Part shown: positions 52,057 through 60,638 of the stretch, piece by piece
Layout: each line of letters begins with the position of its first letter
Position numbering within the stretch: position 1 is the stretch's first letter
Assembly: GCA_965205015.1 (NCBI GenBank)
Contig: OZ242029.1
Coordinates: 768,001 to 832,000 of the forward strand
Length of the DNA stretch: 64,000 bases
Direction: 5' to 3'
Origin: Candidatus Poribacteria bacterium
GTDB taxonomy: Bacteria > Poribacteria > WGA-4E > WGA-3G
Program-made: the position numbers and the translations under genes
Notes under the pieces: generated by a model
The model's database searches: none
What the model was told of the DNA's origin: nothing
What the model saw: only the letters and a program-made list of their open reading frames with translations

Positions 52057-52251
52057 TTAACGCAAATCCAAGTCCATCTCCGTTTTGAGGCGTTTATGGA
52101 ACGTTTCAAAAGCCGCTCCCCAAGGTCCCTCCTCTGTATGAGGATCGCGCTGTTCAGCAGGCACGACAGTCTCATCAGAGCCGAAAGCAAGGTAACCGAT
52201 GCCGAAGAGTAACAAACAGACGAGGAGTAGATTAATCATTAGGAAACGCAT
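52057..52251 (-). CDS. Small exported or membrane-anchored peptide
   Basis: 64 aa; AAGGAG SD; hydrophobic signal-like N-terminus; ECF-like promoter upstream. Confidence 0.65.
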   Translation of the reverse strand: MRFLMINLLLVCLLLFGIGYLAFGSDETVVPAEQRDPHTEEGPWGAAFETFHKRLKTEMDLDLR

Positions 52252-52334
52252 TTTTTTCTCCTTATTAGCGTAGGACTTGCATTTGAATTCGGAAGTGGCA
52301 ATTTTACTGAAATTTTACATCCGTTGATTTAAGT

Positions 52335-52362
52335 GACGCATCTTAGATGTCAAAAGGTTGCA
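52335..52362 (-). promoter_or_regulatory. ECF-type promoter variant TGCAAC-N18-CGTC
   Basis: Upstream of the small peptide and STAS genes; matches the array motif with a 1-nt longer spacer. Confidence 0.5.
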
Positions 52363-52535
52363 TTATTTTCAAAAAGGGTGTTGAAACCATGAAACCAAAT
52401 GAACGCAATTTGAAAAAATGGAGAGATAGAAGATGCATTCTCCGACCCCCCTCAACCCTATGACGCGTTTTAAACGTTGCCGACAATTCGGCTATCATCG
52501 ACATCAAATATCGGAGCGGAAAAATTTCAGAAACG

Positions 52536-52811
52536 CTACCGTTCATTTTTCCGTGAGGTGATATATGCCCCTTTTATAATTAATGATACAAGCTCGCGCC
52601 GAAAGGGGTGCATAAAGCGAAAAAAATCTGGATTTTTATCGAAGAGATAGCAAAATTGTTTGAAATTGAAAAGAACCCTCACGTCTCGGGTGCCGGTGTT
52701 GTGGTGGATACTATTGTTCTGATTCTTCGGATTCTGGTTCTGGATGTGTGAGTATCCATTCGTGGAAAGTTGCTCAGTCTTGAAAAAACGAGCGCATGAG
52801 CGCGAATTCAC
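52536..52811 (-). CDS. Possible small ORF of unknown function
   Basis: GTG start 8 nt after a strong AAAGGAGGAG SD; composition atypical, so coding status is uncertain. Confidence 0.3.
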   Translation of the reverse strand: MNSRSCARFFKTEQLSTNGYSHIQNQNPKNQNNSIHHNTGTRDVRVLFNFKQFCYLFDKNPDFFRFMHPFRRELVSLIIKGAYITSRKNER

Positions 52812-53013
52812 CTGCAGTTCTCCTCCTTTTGCCTATATAGAGTTCGTTGAGGGAAAAAAGATAGTAAAAAATTTGTCAGGTGTCGTTACTACAAACGAGT
52901 TCCAAAACAGTTGCATTTTTTATCAAAACCTCCGAGTCTAAAACCGCCTTGCTTCAGCTGGGGTTACGAACGCACAGATGGTTCTTTTACTGTTCACGCT
53001 CTCTATTATTAAA

Positions 53014-53040
53014 GACGAGAACTCAATCAGAAAACGTGCA
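53014..53040 (-). promoter_or_regulatory. ECF-type promoter TGCACG-N17-CGTC with no sigma gene downstream
   Basis: Motif plus flanking AAAAAACTG.ATTTTTTAGTAGGTGTTTTG shared with about 51490-51523. Confidence 0.65.
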
Positions 53041-53197
53041 TCAGGAGAAAAATTAAAAAACTGAATTTTTTAGTAGGTGTTTTGGGAGGACAATTCCAGA
53101 TGTGCGATAAACACTCGATTGCGTAAATTTCGGAAGGATAAACTGTAGGGTTATTGCTGAAAGGCGTTTTAGGAAGATGCTCCCAAACTTTCGAGGT

Positions 53198-55270
53198 CTA
53201 AAATGCGCGGATCACCTTAGCAACGAAACGCTGTTTGAACTCCGAGGCGTTTGGATCACCCAGAATAACAAAAAAGTCAGTACCGGCATAACCTGAACGG
53301 CGCAGGGCAAAGTAGATATTAATTCCCTCGACTTGCCAGATGAGGCGACTCCCGAGGCTTAAAGCGGGACTGAAATCGTATGTGAGAGTTAGAATCTGTT
53401 GGTAACGTCTCTCAAAATGCCACTGGATTTGTGAGGAGAGTCCTGCGGTGAAACCGTAGGCGCGGAGATTCAGATTTCCACTGATGCGATGAATTGTCTC
53501 GCCTGCCTGTTCACCCCAATTGTAGGTAATCCCAACATTATTGAACCTGTCAGAAGCACGCGCGCGTAATCCAACGCTGAAAACACTGTCGCTGAATTCT
53601 TCAAATTGCCCGCCCCTCCAGCCAGCAGCAAGGGCATAGTCACTATGCGATCGGATAAGTGAAGATATGGACAAACCACGCCGAAAGACTTCACCTTCGT
53701 AAGTATTAGAGACCTCGCTTTGGATAGAAGCGGATGCGCTGCGGAAGAATCCTTCACGCCACTCGTTACGGAAATAACTCCCTAAACTTAGACCGCGATA
53801 CCCCGTAAACGGATGGTACCCAAGTCTATTGACGAAATCCGAATCGACAAAAAATACGGAAAAGTACGGTTGAACGACTCGGCCTTGATAGATTAAATTG
53901 GCATATCCATCCCTTCCAGTTGACTCGCCTGCCCAACTTTGGGTGATGACAGATCTGGCTAAAAACTTGCCACGTCTGACATCGCCTGATAAGTAACCAA
54001 CATTGTTCGCTTCGGTGTCACGGTGGTGATGCGAAAGGAGTGCCGCGCTGATATTCGATGTTGCCGTGAGTGATTGAGAGGCTTGAAGAATAACGTTCTG
54101 GTTGTTCCGGTGATAGGTACCTAAGGTGCCGACTGAGGTGTTTTTCCCGATTTTCCCAAAGAGTTTAAGCCCGCCATCCATATCCACTATCCGTCGTGAA
54201 TGGAACAGGCGACCGAGGCGATAAACATTACCGCCTTCCGAGAAGAAAGGTCTCCGATCGGGCACATAGCGTTCACCGTAGGAGAAGTCGATACCTTCGA
54301 CTGCCTGCTCAATGTTCTCGAAATCAGGGTTTGCTGTGCCGATGAGTCGCAGTTGCGGTGTAACCTCATAGCGGAGATCTGCTCCCGCGCGAGCCGTATA
54401 TTCTCTTTCCGTCTCGGAGGTTGCCCCTACAGTAGTTTCTGCTTCGCTGATGCCACCAATCAGATAGGGTAACACCTTAAGTTCACGTTTGCGAGGCGGG
54501 GGCAGCACATCAATCCAGTGTCCATCGTTTTCCCGAAATTCTTGAACGCCTAAGTTGCACCACCAAGAACGTTCTCCAGTGCGTTGTTGTAGCCTGTCAA
54601 TGTTAATGCCCATCCGAACGGGTTCGGTTGTATCGGGATAATCGAGCATCTGCCACGGGATTTCCATTTCCACAATCCATCCGTCTTCCACAATCTGTGC
54701 AGCGGTTTTCCATAGCCCAATCCACTCACTTTTCTCGGCGCGTCCCGTAGCGAGATGTGCGTATTTGGTGCCGAGTGGATTTACAATGAAGAAATTTCTG
54801 TCTGAAAACTGATGCGTATGAAACGGATCAAGACTGAAGGAGACCCAGTCCTCGCCGCGGATCCGCGTTTGGTCTTTGGTTTGGCGTGCCACAATTTTGT
54901 CGGGCATATCATCGTAGAGATGAAGTCCAACATAAATGGCTGTGTCGGTATAAACGAGGCGACCGATGGATTGGTCCTTTGCGGGTTTTTCAGTCCGTTC
55001 GTCGGTGAAACCGATGGCTTGCGGTGCCTCTTGCCAGCAGGCATCGTCGAGAACACCATCAAGAGTGGGTGGCTGATCTGTTTTGACAGCAGGGAGTTCT
55101 TTCTGAACGGTCTGTATGTTTGCAGCTGCCGAAGTCTGTAAACTTGTGATTAAGGTAAAGGATAGCGCGATGAGCAATACCATCGCGTAATTTTTCCGTT
55201 CTACCTGTTTGTTTGTGCCATACCCGTGCGCTGCACGAGTCTTTGCCGTTGTAAACTTCGGCGTTTGCAT
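53198..55270 (-). CDS. CBM9-like / DUF5916 domain protein (probable outer-membrane carbohydrate-binding protein)
   Basis: PTLDGVLDDACW, GW.VEMEIPW, NPDF..IE and D.RPFFSEG...LFHSRRI motifs; C-terminal Phe. Confidence 0.8.
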   Translation of the reverse strand: MQTPKFTTAKTRAAHGYGTNKQVERKNYAMVLLIALSFTLITSLQTSAAANIQTVQKELPAVKTDQPPTLDGVLDDACWQEAPQAIGFTDERTEKPAKDQSIGRLVYTDTAIYVGLHLYDDMPDKIVARQTKDQTRIRGEDWVSFSLDPFHTHQFSDRNFFIVNPLGTKYAHLATGRAEKSEWIGLWKTAAQIVEDGWIVEMEIPWQMLDYPDTTEPVRMGINIDRLQQRTGERSWWCNLGVQEFRENDGHWIDVLPPPRKRELKVLPYLIGGISEAETTVGATSETEREYTARAGADLRYEVTPQLRLIGTANPDFENIEQAVEGIDFSYGERYVPDRRPFFSEGGNVYRLGRLFHSRRIVDMDGGLKLFGKIGKNTSVGTLGTYHRNNQNVILQASQSLTATSNISAALLSHHHRDTEANNVGYLSGDVRRGKFLARSVITQSWAGESTGRDGYANLIYQGRVVQPYFSVFFVDSDFVNRLGYHPFTGYRGLSLGSYFRNEWREGFFRSASASIQSEVSNTYEGEVFRRGLSISSLIRSHSDYALAAGWRGGQFEEFSDSVFSVGLRARASDRFNNVGITYNWGEQAGETIHRISGNLNLRAYGFTAGLSSQIQWHFERRYQQILTLTYDFSPALSLGSRLIWQVEGINIYFALRRSGYAGTDFFVILGDPNASEFKQRFVAKVIRAF

Positions 55271-55454
55271 TAATCAACTTCCCCCGATTCAGAATATCTT
55301 TAGAACTATCTTCACAATTTGACGAGGATTAAGAACCAAATTCTTAATCCTCATCAAAGCATTTTTAGGTTAAATCTCTACACTAATTATATATTCAAAC
55401 TAACATCTAACTTGCAGCATGAAATTCCGATCAAATTTACCCTTCGTGATCCTT

Positions 55455-57665
55455 TCATGGCGATTCTGACAAATGCTCATCAAACCAAGAAAGCATCCGT
55501 TGCCAATAATCAGCCACATTCGGATAACGCCATGATGTGACTTGCGAATGTCCCTCACCTTCATAACGCGCTAAAACGGCCTTTTTTCCCAGTCTACGCA
55601 AGCCAGAGAACATTTCTCCTGCCTGTGGGACAGCAGGGACACCATCCAAGGCACCAACAACTAACAACAGCGGCGTCTCCACCTTGTCCAGAAAAAAGAT
55701 AGGGGAGTTTTCGATGTATCGGTCCTGGAACTCCCAGAGCGACCCACCCATTTTGCCCTGTCCTTTTTCTGCCCAATCGATCCACTGGCTATCTCCCTCT
55801 TCCGTCAAATGCCCATAGAAACTAATGAGATTCCCCACCGGCGCACTACTGACAGCTGCACTAAACCTTGATGTTTGTGTAATCAGAGCGTTGACGCAGT
55901 AACCTCCGTAACTGTGCCCCATTATTCCTAAACGGTTGGGATCGGCAATTCCCATATCAATTAGCGTATCTATACCAGAGAGCACCATCTCCGTCAACTC
56001 TCGGACCGGCGCGTTGGTTTCCATTGGGGTATCGGGAAGAAAGACGACGTAATCTTGCTTCGTCAGCAGAAAATTGCCCCCATAGCGATCTGTGCCGAAA
56101 TCGTTAAATTGATACGAGAGCAAAGAACCCCCGTAGACCTCCGTAATTAATGGATAGTGTTTGCCCTCTACATAGTCTGGTGGGAGCAGCAAGGCACCTC
56201 TAAGGTCTTTTCCAGAAGGTGTCTGCCAAGTGACGAGTTGAGAAGTCCCAAGTCGTTCTGTTTCAATATCTGGGTTCAGTCGAGTGAGTTGCTGTGGATT
56301 TTGAAAGTCGGTGTCCGCTACCCACACATCGGGCGCGTGATTTACGTCCTCAATGCTGTAGAAAATATCCCCCGTTTGAGGTGCAACATCCATGTTTCTA
56401 CCCATAGGATTATAATTACGCTTTTCCTGAACCAACCGTGTGATCTCGCGCGTTTTCAGATTGACGCGATGAAAACCGTGCTGTTCACTGTTTGAATGGA
56501 CGGTATGCATGTATATTGACTCGGTGCAGTCTGGCGACCAAACAGTGTCTGCTTCCGCTTGCCGAACAATTCGAACAACACGTCCATCAAATCCGTCTGT
56601 CAATTTTTCAATAGCGCGATCAGCGATCGTAATTCGCCAGAGATCCCCCCGGGCAACACAGAATAGGTGTTTACTATCAGAACTCCACAAAGGCGGATGC
56701 GAACTATTTGTTAGTTCAATATCGGTGTCTTGGGTGAGATTTAGTTGGCTACCGTCAACTGTCGAAATGAGGAAAAGCTCATCTTTTGCAGCCTTATTCT
56801 CTGTCGGAAACGCAACGTAGCGACCATCTGGCGACCAAGTAAACAAACGTCCCCATCCAGATTTCAGCGAGTCAGCAAGTAATTTCGGAGGTCCTCCATT
56901 TAGCGACGAAAGATAGAGTTCGTACAGTAGTTGAGCGTTACTTTCTAACCCTTGAAAACTCGTAAACGCCGCGGTCGCTCCATCAGGGGCAACACGGATA
57001 CCAGATGGATAGAGTCCCTGCGCTAACGTTTCGACTTCTCCTGTATCAACCCTTATCATCCCAAGGTCTGCGCGATATCGCGCGTCAAACCACGAAGTCC
57101 GCCGCGGTCGGAATTCATTTTCCGGTTGTCCAGCAATAGGACTCGCAAAGAGTGTTACCGATGCCTTTTCCTTGTCTGGAGGTGCTTCTTCATCTGTCTC
57201 CGCTTCTGAATGCAACCTAACGATAATACGTGTTCCATCAGGTGTCCAGAGCGGTGGCTGCGCCCTTGACAAAAACGGCTGAATCCTGACATCACTCGCG
57301 AGTCGTGGGACATCTTCGCCGACCTCCCATATCCACAATTGGGCTGTTTTATGCTTATCCGAATAAAAAGCCAATCTTTTTCCATCCGGAGACCAGGCAG
57401 GTCTATAACTTGTGCCCCAATTCGGCGTGAGATTTCGCGATTCGCCACTCTGAACATCGATGAGCCAAATTTCACTTCCTTCTTGCAAGCCAGCGATACC
57501 CGTTGGAAGATATGTTTTATCTCCGGCTCCTACGCGTTTTCTGAAATAACTTTGAACAGCAACAGCAAGTTGTGTTCCATCTGGTGAAACAGCAATTGGA
57601 TCAAATAGCGTGAGGAGTTCTATCGAGAGAATGTCCTCAATACCGCTAAAAAGGTCAGTGTGCAT
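55455..57665 (-). CDS. S9 family (prolyl oligopeptidase-like) peptidase with beta-propeller
   Basis: WSPDG repeats; GIMGHSYGGY; LLVVGALD; EGHS; AGGAGG SD before MHTDL. Confidence 0.92.
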   Translation of the reverse strand: MHTDLFSGIEDILSIELLTLFDPIAVSPDGTQLAVAVQSYFRKRVGAGDKTYLPTGIAGLQEGSEIWLIDVQSGESRNLTPNWGTSYRPAWSPDGKRLAFYSDKHKTAQLWIWEVGEDVPRLASDVRIQPFLSRAQPPLWTPDGTRIIVRLHSEAETDEEAPPDKEKASVTLFASPIAGQPENEFRPRRTSWFDARYRADLGMIRVDTGEVETLAQGLYPSGIRVAPDGATAAFTSFQGLESNAQLLYELYLSSLNGGPPKLLADSLKSGWGRLFTWSPDGRYVAFPTENKAAKDELFLISTVDGSQLNLTQDTDIELTNSSHPPLWSSDSKHLFCVARGDLWRITIADRAIEKLTDGFDGRVVRIVRQAEADTVWSPDCTESIYMHTVHSNSEQHGFHRVNLKTREITRLVQEKRNYNPMGRNMDVAPQTGDIFYSIEDVNHAPDVWVADTDFQNPQQLTRLNPDIETERLGTSQLVTWQTPSGKDLRGALLLPPDYVEGKHYPLITEVYGGSLLSYQFNDFGTDRYGGNFLLTKQDYVVFLPDTPMETNAPVRELTEMVLSGIDTLIDMGIADPNRLGIMGHSYGGYCVNALITQTSRFSAAVSSAPVGNLISFYGHLTEEGDSQWIDWAEKGQGKMGGSLWEFQDRYIENSPIFFLDKVETPLLLVVGALDGVPAVPQAGEMFSGLRRLGKKAVLARYEGEGHSQVTSWRYPNVADYWQRMLSWFDEHLSESP

Positions 57666-57675
57666 TATTTTCCTC

Positions 57676-58935
57676 CTATCTTGGGTCATCACACGCTTGA
57701 CTTTGTTTGCTGCCATCACCGATGCGGTTAGAACGAAATCCCGAGATGCTTCTTTCAACACTTCGGCGCAGCATCTCATCGCTGAGATGGAACGCCTCGC
57801 GTATTGTTATTGACAGTTTCTGCTGCTGCTCTATCGAATCGAGCAATTGCTGGTTTTGCACGACAACGACAGAATCAGCATTCTCTTGAATTTCCTGTAG
57901 CGAACGTTTCGCTTGTTCGGCGCGACGTTGACCCTCAAAGTTGAATGGACAGGTCACAACCCCTACAGCCAAAGCACCTTGCTCTCGGGCGAGAGAGGCG
58001 ATCAGAGGCGAAGCACCCGCTCCTGTTCCGCCCCCCATACCGGCGATAACGAAGACAATATCCGCGTCCGCAACGATGGCGTTGAGCGTTTCCCTGTCCT
58101 CCTCAGCCGCTTTTCTACCTATCTCTGGGTTCGCGCCACATCCAAGTCCTTGGGTAGTCTTAGCACCGATCTGCACCGGTGTTGCTTCAGGGTGCTTGTC
58201 AAGTGCTTGCTGGTCTGTATTCACGGCATAAAATTCAATGTCTGTCAAACCGTCTTCAATCATTCGTTTAACGGCGTTCCCGCCCGCGCTACCGACTCCA
58301 ATAACCTTGATTATAGTTTCGGTGCGTTTGGATTCTTCTCGTTTGGATGACATAGTTCTCCCTCTTTCAGGTTCGACACCGAACTCCCTGCGTAAGAGTT
58401 CACGTGTCTGTCTTAATTTGGTCTTGATTGTGCCTATCGCCAATCCGAGTTCAGTGTGGATCTCCTTGACGCTCCACAATTCCAGATAGTATAGGACCGC
58501 AACGCGGCGCACTTTATCTGGAAGGTGATGCACTGCTTCCCTTATAGCGTCGTAGTGTTCCGTTTCCCTGAAGCGTGCGACTGCATCTTGGTCGATACGA
58601 TCCGTCAGATCCGCATAACTATAAGGAATGTCGTTTCCGGAACGATCGGCAGCAGCATAGTACCGCTTGCAAGCGTTGTAAGCAATGCGATGCAGCCACC
58701 CCCCAAAACTCTCAACGCTCCGCAGTCCACTGATATTTTCCCAGACGGCTCTCCAGACATCCATGAGAATTTCTTCGGCATCGCGGGGTTGTCTCGAATG
58801 TGCGATAATCACTTTCCAGATGCGTCGACTATAACGCGACATCAGTTCTGCAAACGCTAATTCATCACCGGCTTGTGTAAGCCCAATGAGTTCTTCATCT
58901 GTTAGAATGGCGTGCGTTGATAGATCGTATCGCAT
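57676..58935 (-). CDS. ECF sigma factor fused to an FtsZ N-terminal GTPase domain
   Basis: sigma2/sigma4 (DAEEILMDVW...F.GWL.RIA; LPDKVRRVAVLYY...TIKTKLRQTR), then IKVIGVGSAGGNAV, NTDQQAL, TQGLGCGANPEIGRKAAEE, AGMGGGTGAG and PFNFEG. Confidence 0.9.
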   Translation of the reverse strand: MRYDLSTHAILTDEELIGLTQAGDELAFAELMSRYSRRIWKVIIAHSRQPRDAEEILMDVWRAVWENISGLRSVESFGGWLHRIAYNACKRYYAAADRSGNDIPYSYADLTDRIDQDAVARFRETEHYDAIREAVHHLPDKVRRVAVLYYLELWSVKEIHTELGLAIGTIKTKLRQTRELLRREFGVEPERGRTMSSKREESKRTETIIKVIGVGSAGGNAVKRMIEDGLTDIEFYAVNTDQQALDKHPEATPVQIGAKTTQGLGCGANPEIGRKAAEEDRETLNAIVADADIVFVIAGMGGGTGAGASPLIASLAREQGALAVGVVTCPFNFEGQRRAEQAKRSLQEIQENADSVVVVQNQQLLDSIEQQQKLSITIREAFHLSDEMLRRSVERSISGFRSNRIGDGSKQSQACDDPR

Positions 58936-59037
58936 AAACAGTTCCCAATTGATTTTAACCTAAAGAGTGGACTTTTTCGGAAGGTGGTTTAAAAAAAGAA
59001 AAATCGCTGTACTTTTCGCTACGCCTCTCACAGGGAC

Positions 59038-60489
59038 CTATACCTCCGAACGCAGGAAGACGAGGAAGGCTCCTGAAAGCGACACACCGAGCAGTAAAAT
59101 GAGTAACAGAATATCGACTATAGCGGGATTGAGCGTCTCCTGAAAAGACAACTTATCCTCAAACATTGGGATAGTCTCTGGTAAGACGGACCTTTCCGAC
59201 ATGCCTTTCCGGACACCCACGAAATGAAGGCTCTCTGGATCCGCCCGATCCATTTCAACGATGAAATTTCGGAAGTGTCGGATATGAAGGCGGCAGTGTT
59301 CTAAGAATTGCAAATGCCGATTAAAGCCTGTGCCTGCCATGGATTCAAGGGCATATTGGACAACCGCTGCAGGAGAGCATCGGGTTATCTGTCTTGCATG
59401 CAGGACTTGCGCACTTTGCGCAGCGAGATGCTGGCGACTCAGCCGCTCCCGAATCTCCATGTCTTTGTTAACGAACGCCTGTTGGATCTCCAATTCTGAA
59501 GTGTCTACCCCCGCAACTTCCTCCTGAGAGGTTTCTGCGGATTGACGGCGTTCTCTTAAAGTCTCCCTTTTATCCAGGAAATCGCTCCGAATTTGGTCGA
59601 AGGCGGTCCCCTTTGTCCTCTGAAATTGATGGTGCGTTTGAATCGGAGGCATCCATCTTGTGGAGAGTGTGCCGAGGGTTGACGGCATAAACACCACGAC
59701 AGTCACCCAGATGAGCAACAGGACAACCAGACTTAACCGACTTTCCCGAGTCATCGCCGAGATAATAAGCCCAATTGCGACGAAGATACCAGCATAGCAA
59801 GAAGCAATCAGCACGATCAGTCCTAAACGCCCCCAGTCTGCGCCGCTGAGCTGCGTCCAACTCTCGGTAGAAATGATGGCGAGATTGAATAACACGGCAC
59901 AATAGAAGGCAATGAGGACCGTGATGAGGGAGCCAAGGAACTTACCCATTAATAGAGTCGGGCGCGAAATCGAATTGGCAAGACACAGCCGCAGCGTCCC
60001 GCGTTCTCGTTCTCCGGAGAGCGCGTCAAAGGTAAACAGGAGCGGCATGAAAGAGAGCAGATAGGTCACAATAAAGACCCAATCGATCCCCGTGGCAGTG
60101 GGACGAAGATTGCTAATCGCCTCCATATTCAGACGTGGAACGCCCATCGACCAAATATAGGCAAGCCCGTATAACCGCCAGAAACCACCACTCACGCTTT
60201 CGTCCGGTAGTAAGGCGTCCCCGCCATCGGCGATGAAGGCGAGCGATGCGGGGCGTTTGTAAAGCTTACCGGGTCCCTTGTGTAGCAGTTCATACAACTG
60301 CGTTCGGGATTTCAATTCGGTCTGAGATGCGTTAACCTTCTCGGAATACTTTCGAACCCGTTCCGGATGGGTTCGAAGATGCACAACGGCATTGGTTACC
60401 ATTAATGCTACGAGGATGAACGTGGTTAAGGCAAAGCGGAGACTCGTGAGGTGGTCTAAAAGTTCGCGTCTGACAACATGCCAAATCAT
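59038..60489 (-). CDS. ABC-2 type permease (type B)
   Basis: FDALSGERERGTLRLCLAN motif; paralog of 46530..47936. Confidence 0.88.
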   Translation of the reverse strand: MIWHVVRRELLDHLTSLRFALTTFILVALMVTNAVVHLRTHPERVRKYSEKVNASQTELKSRTQLYELLHKGPGKLYKRPASLAFIADGGDALLPDESVSGGFWRLYGLAYIWSMGVPRLNMEAISNLRPTATGIDWVFIVTYLLSFMPLLFTFDALSGERERGTLRLCLANSISRPTLLMGKFLGSLITVLIAFYCAVLFNLAIISTESWTQLSGADWGRLGLIVLIASCYAGIFVAIGLIISAMTRESRLSLVVLLLIWVTVVVFMPSTLGTLSTRWMPPIQTHHQFQRTKGTAFDQIRSDFLDKRETLRERRQSAETSQEEVAGVDTSELEIQQAFVNKDMEIRERLSRQHLAAQSAQVLHARQITRCSPAAVVQYALESMAGTGFNRHLQFLEHCRLHIRHFRNFIVEMDRADPESLHFVGVRKGMSERSVLPETIPMFEDKLSFQETLNPAIVDILLLILLLGVSLSGAFLVFLRSEV

Positions 60490-60638
60490 TTATTAGTTCT
60501 CGATTATCAGTTTTCAGTTAAGAAGCCATCGGTTAGTTTCATATCATTTCTAAAAATAAGTATTGCATACGCGATTTTTCTGAAGGGATACACAGCGGAT
60601 TTTAACTTAAGCAAAACACCTATTAACTGACAACTATT

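Noticed and set aside
57676-58353. Calling this the cell's ftsZ
   Set aside because: It is fused to a sigma factor, lacks the T7 loop, C-terminal domain and tail, and has no dcw cluster context.
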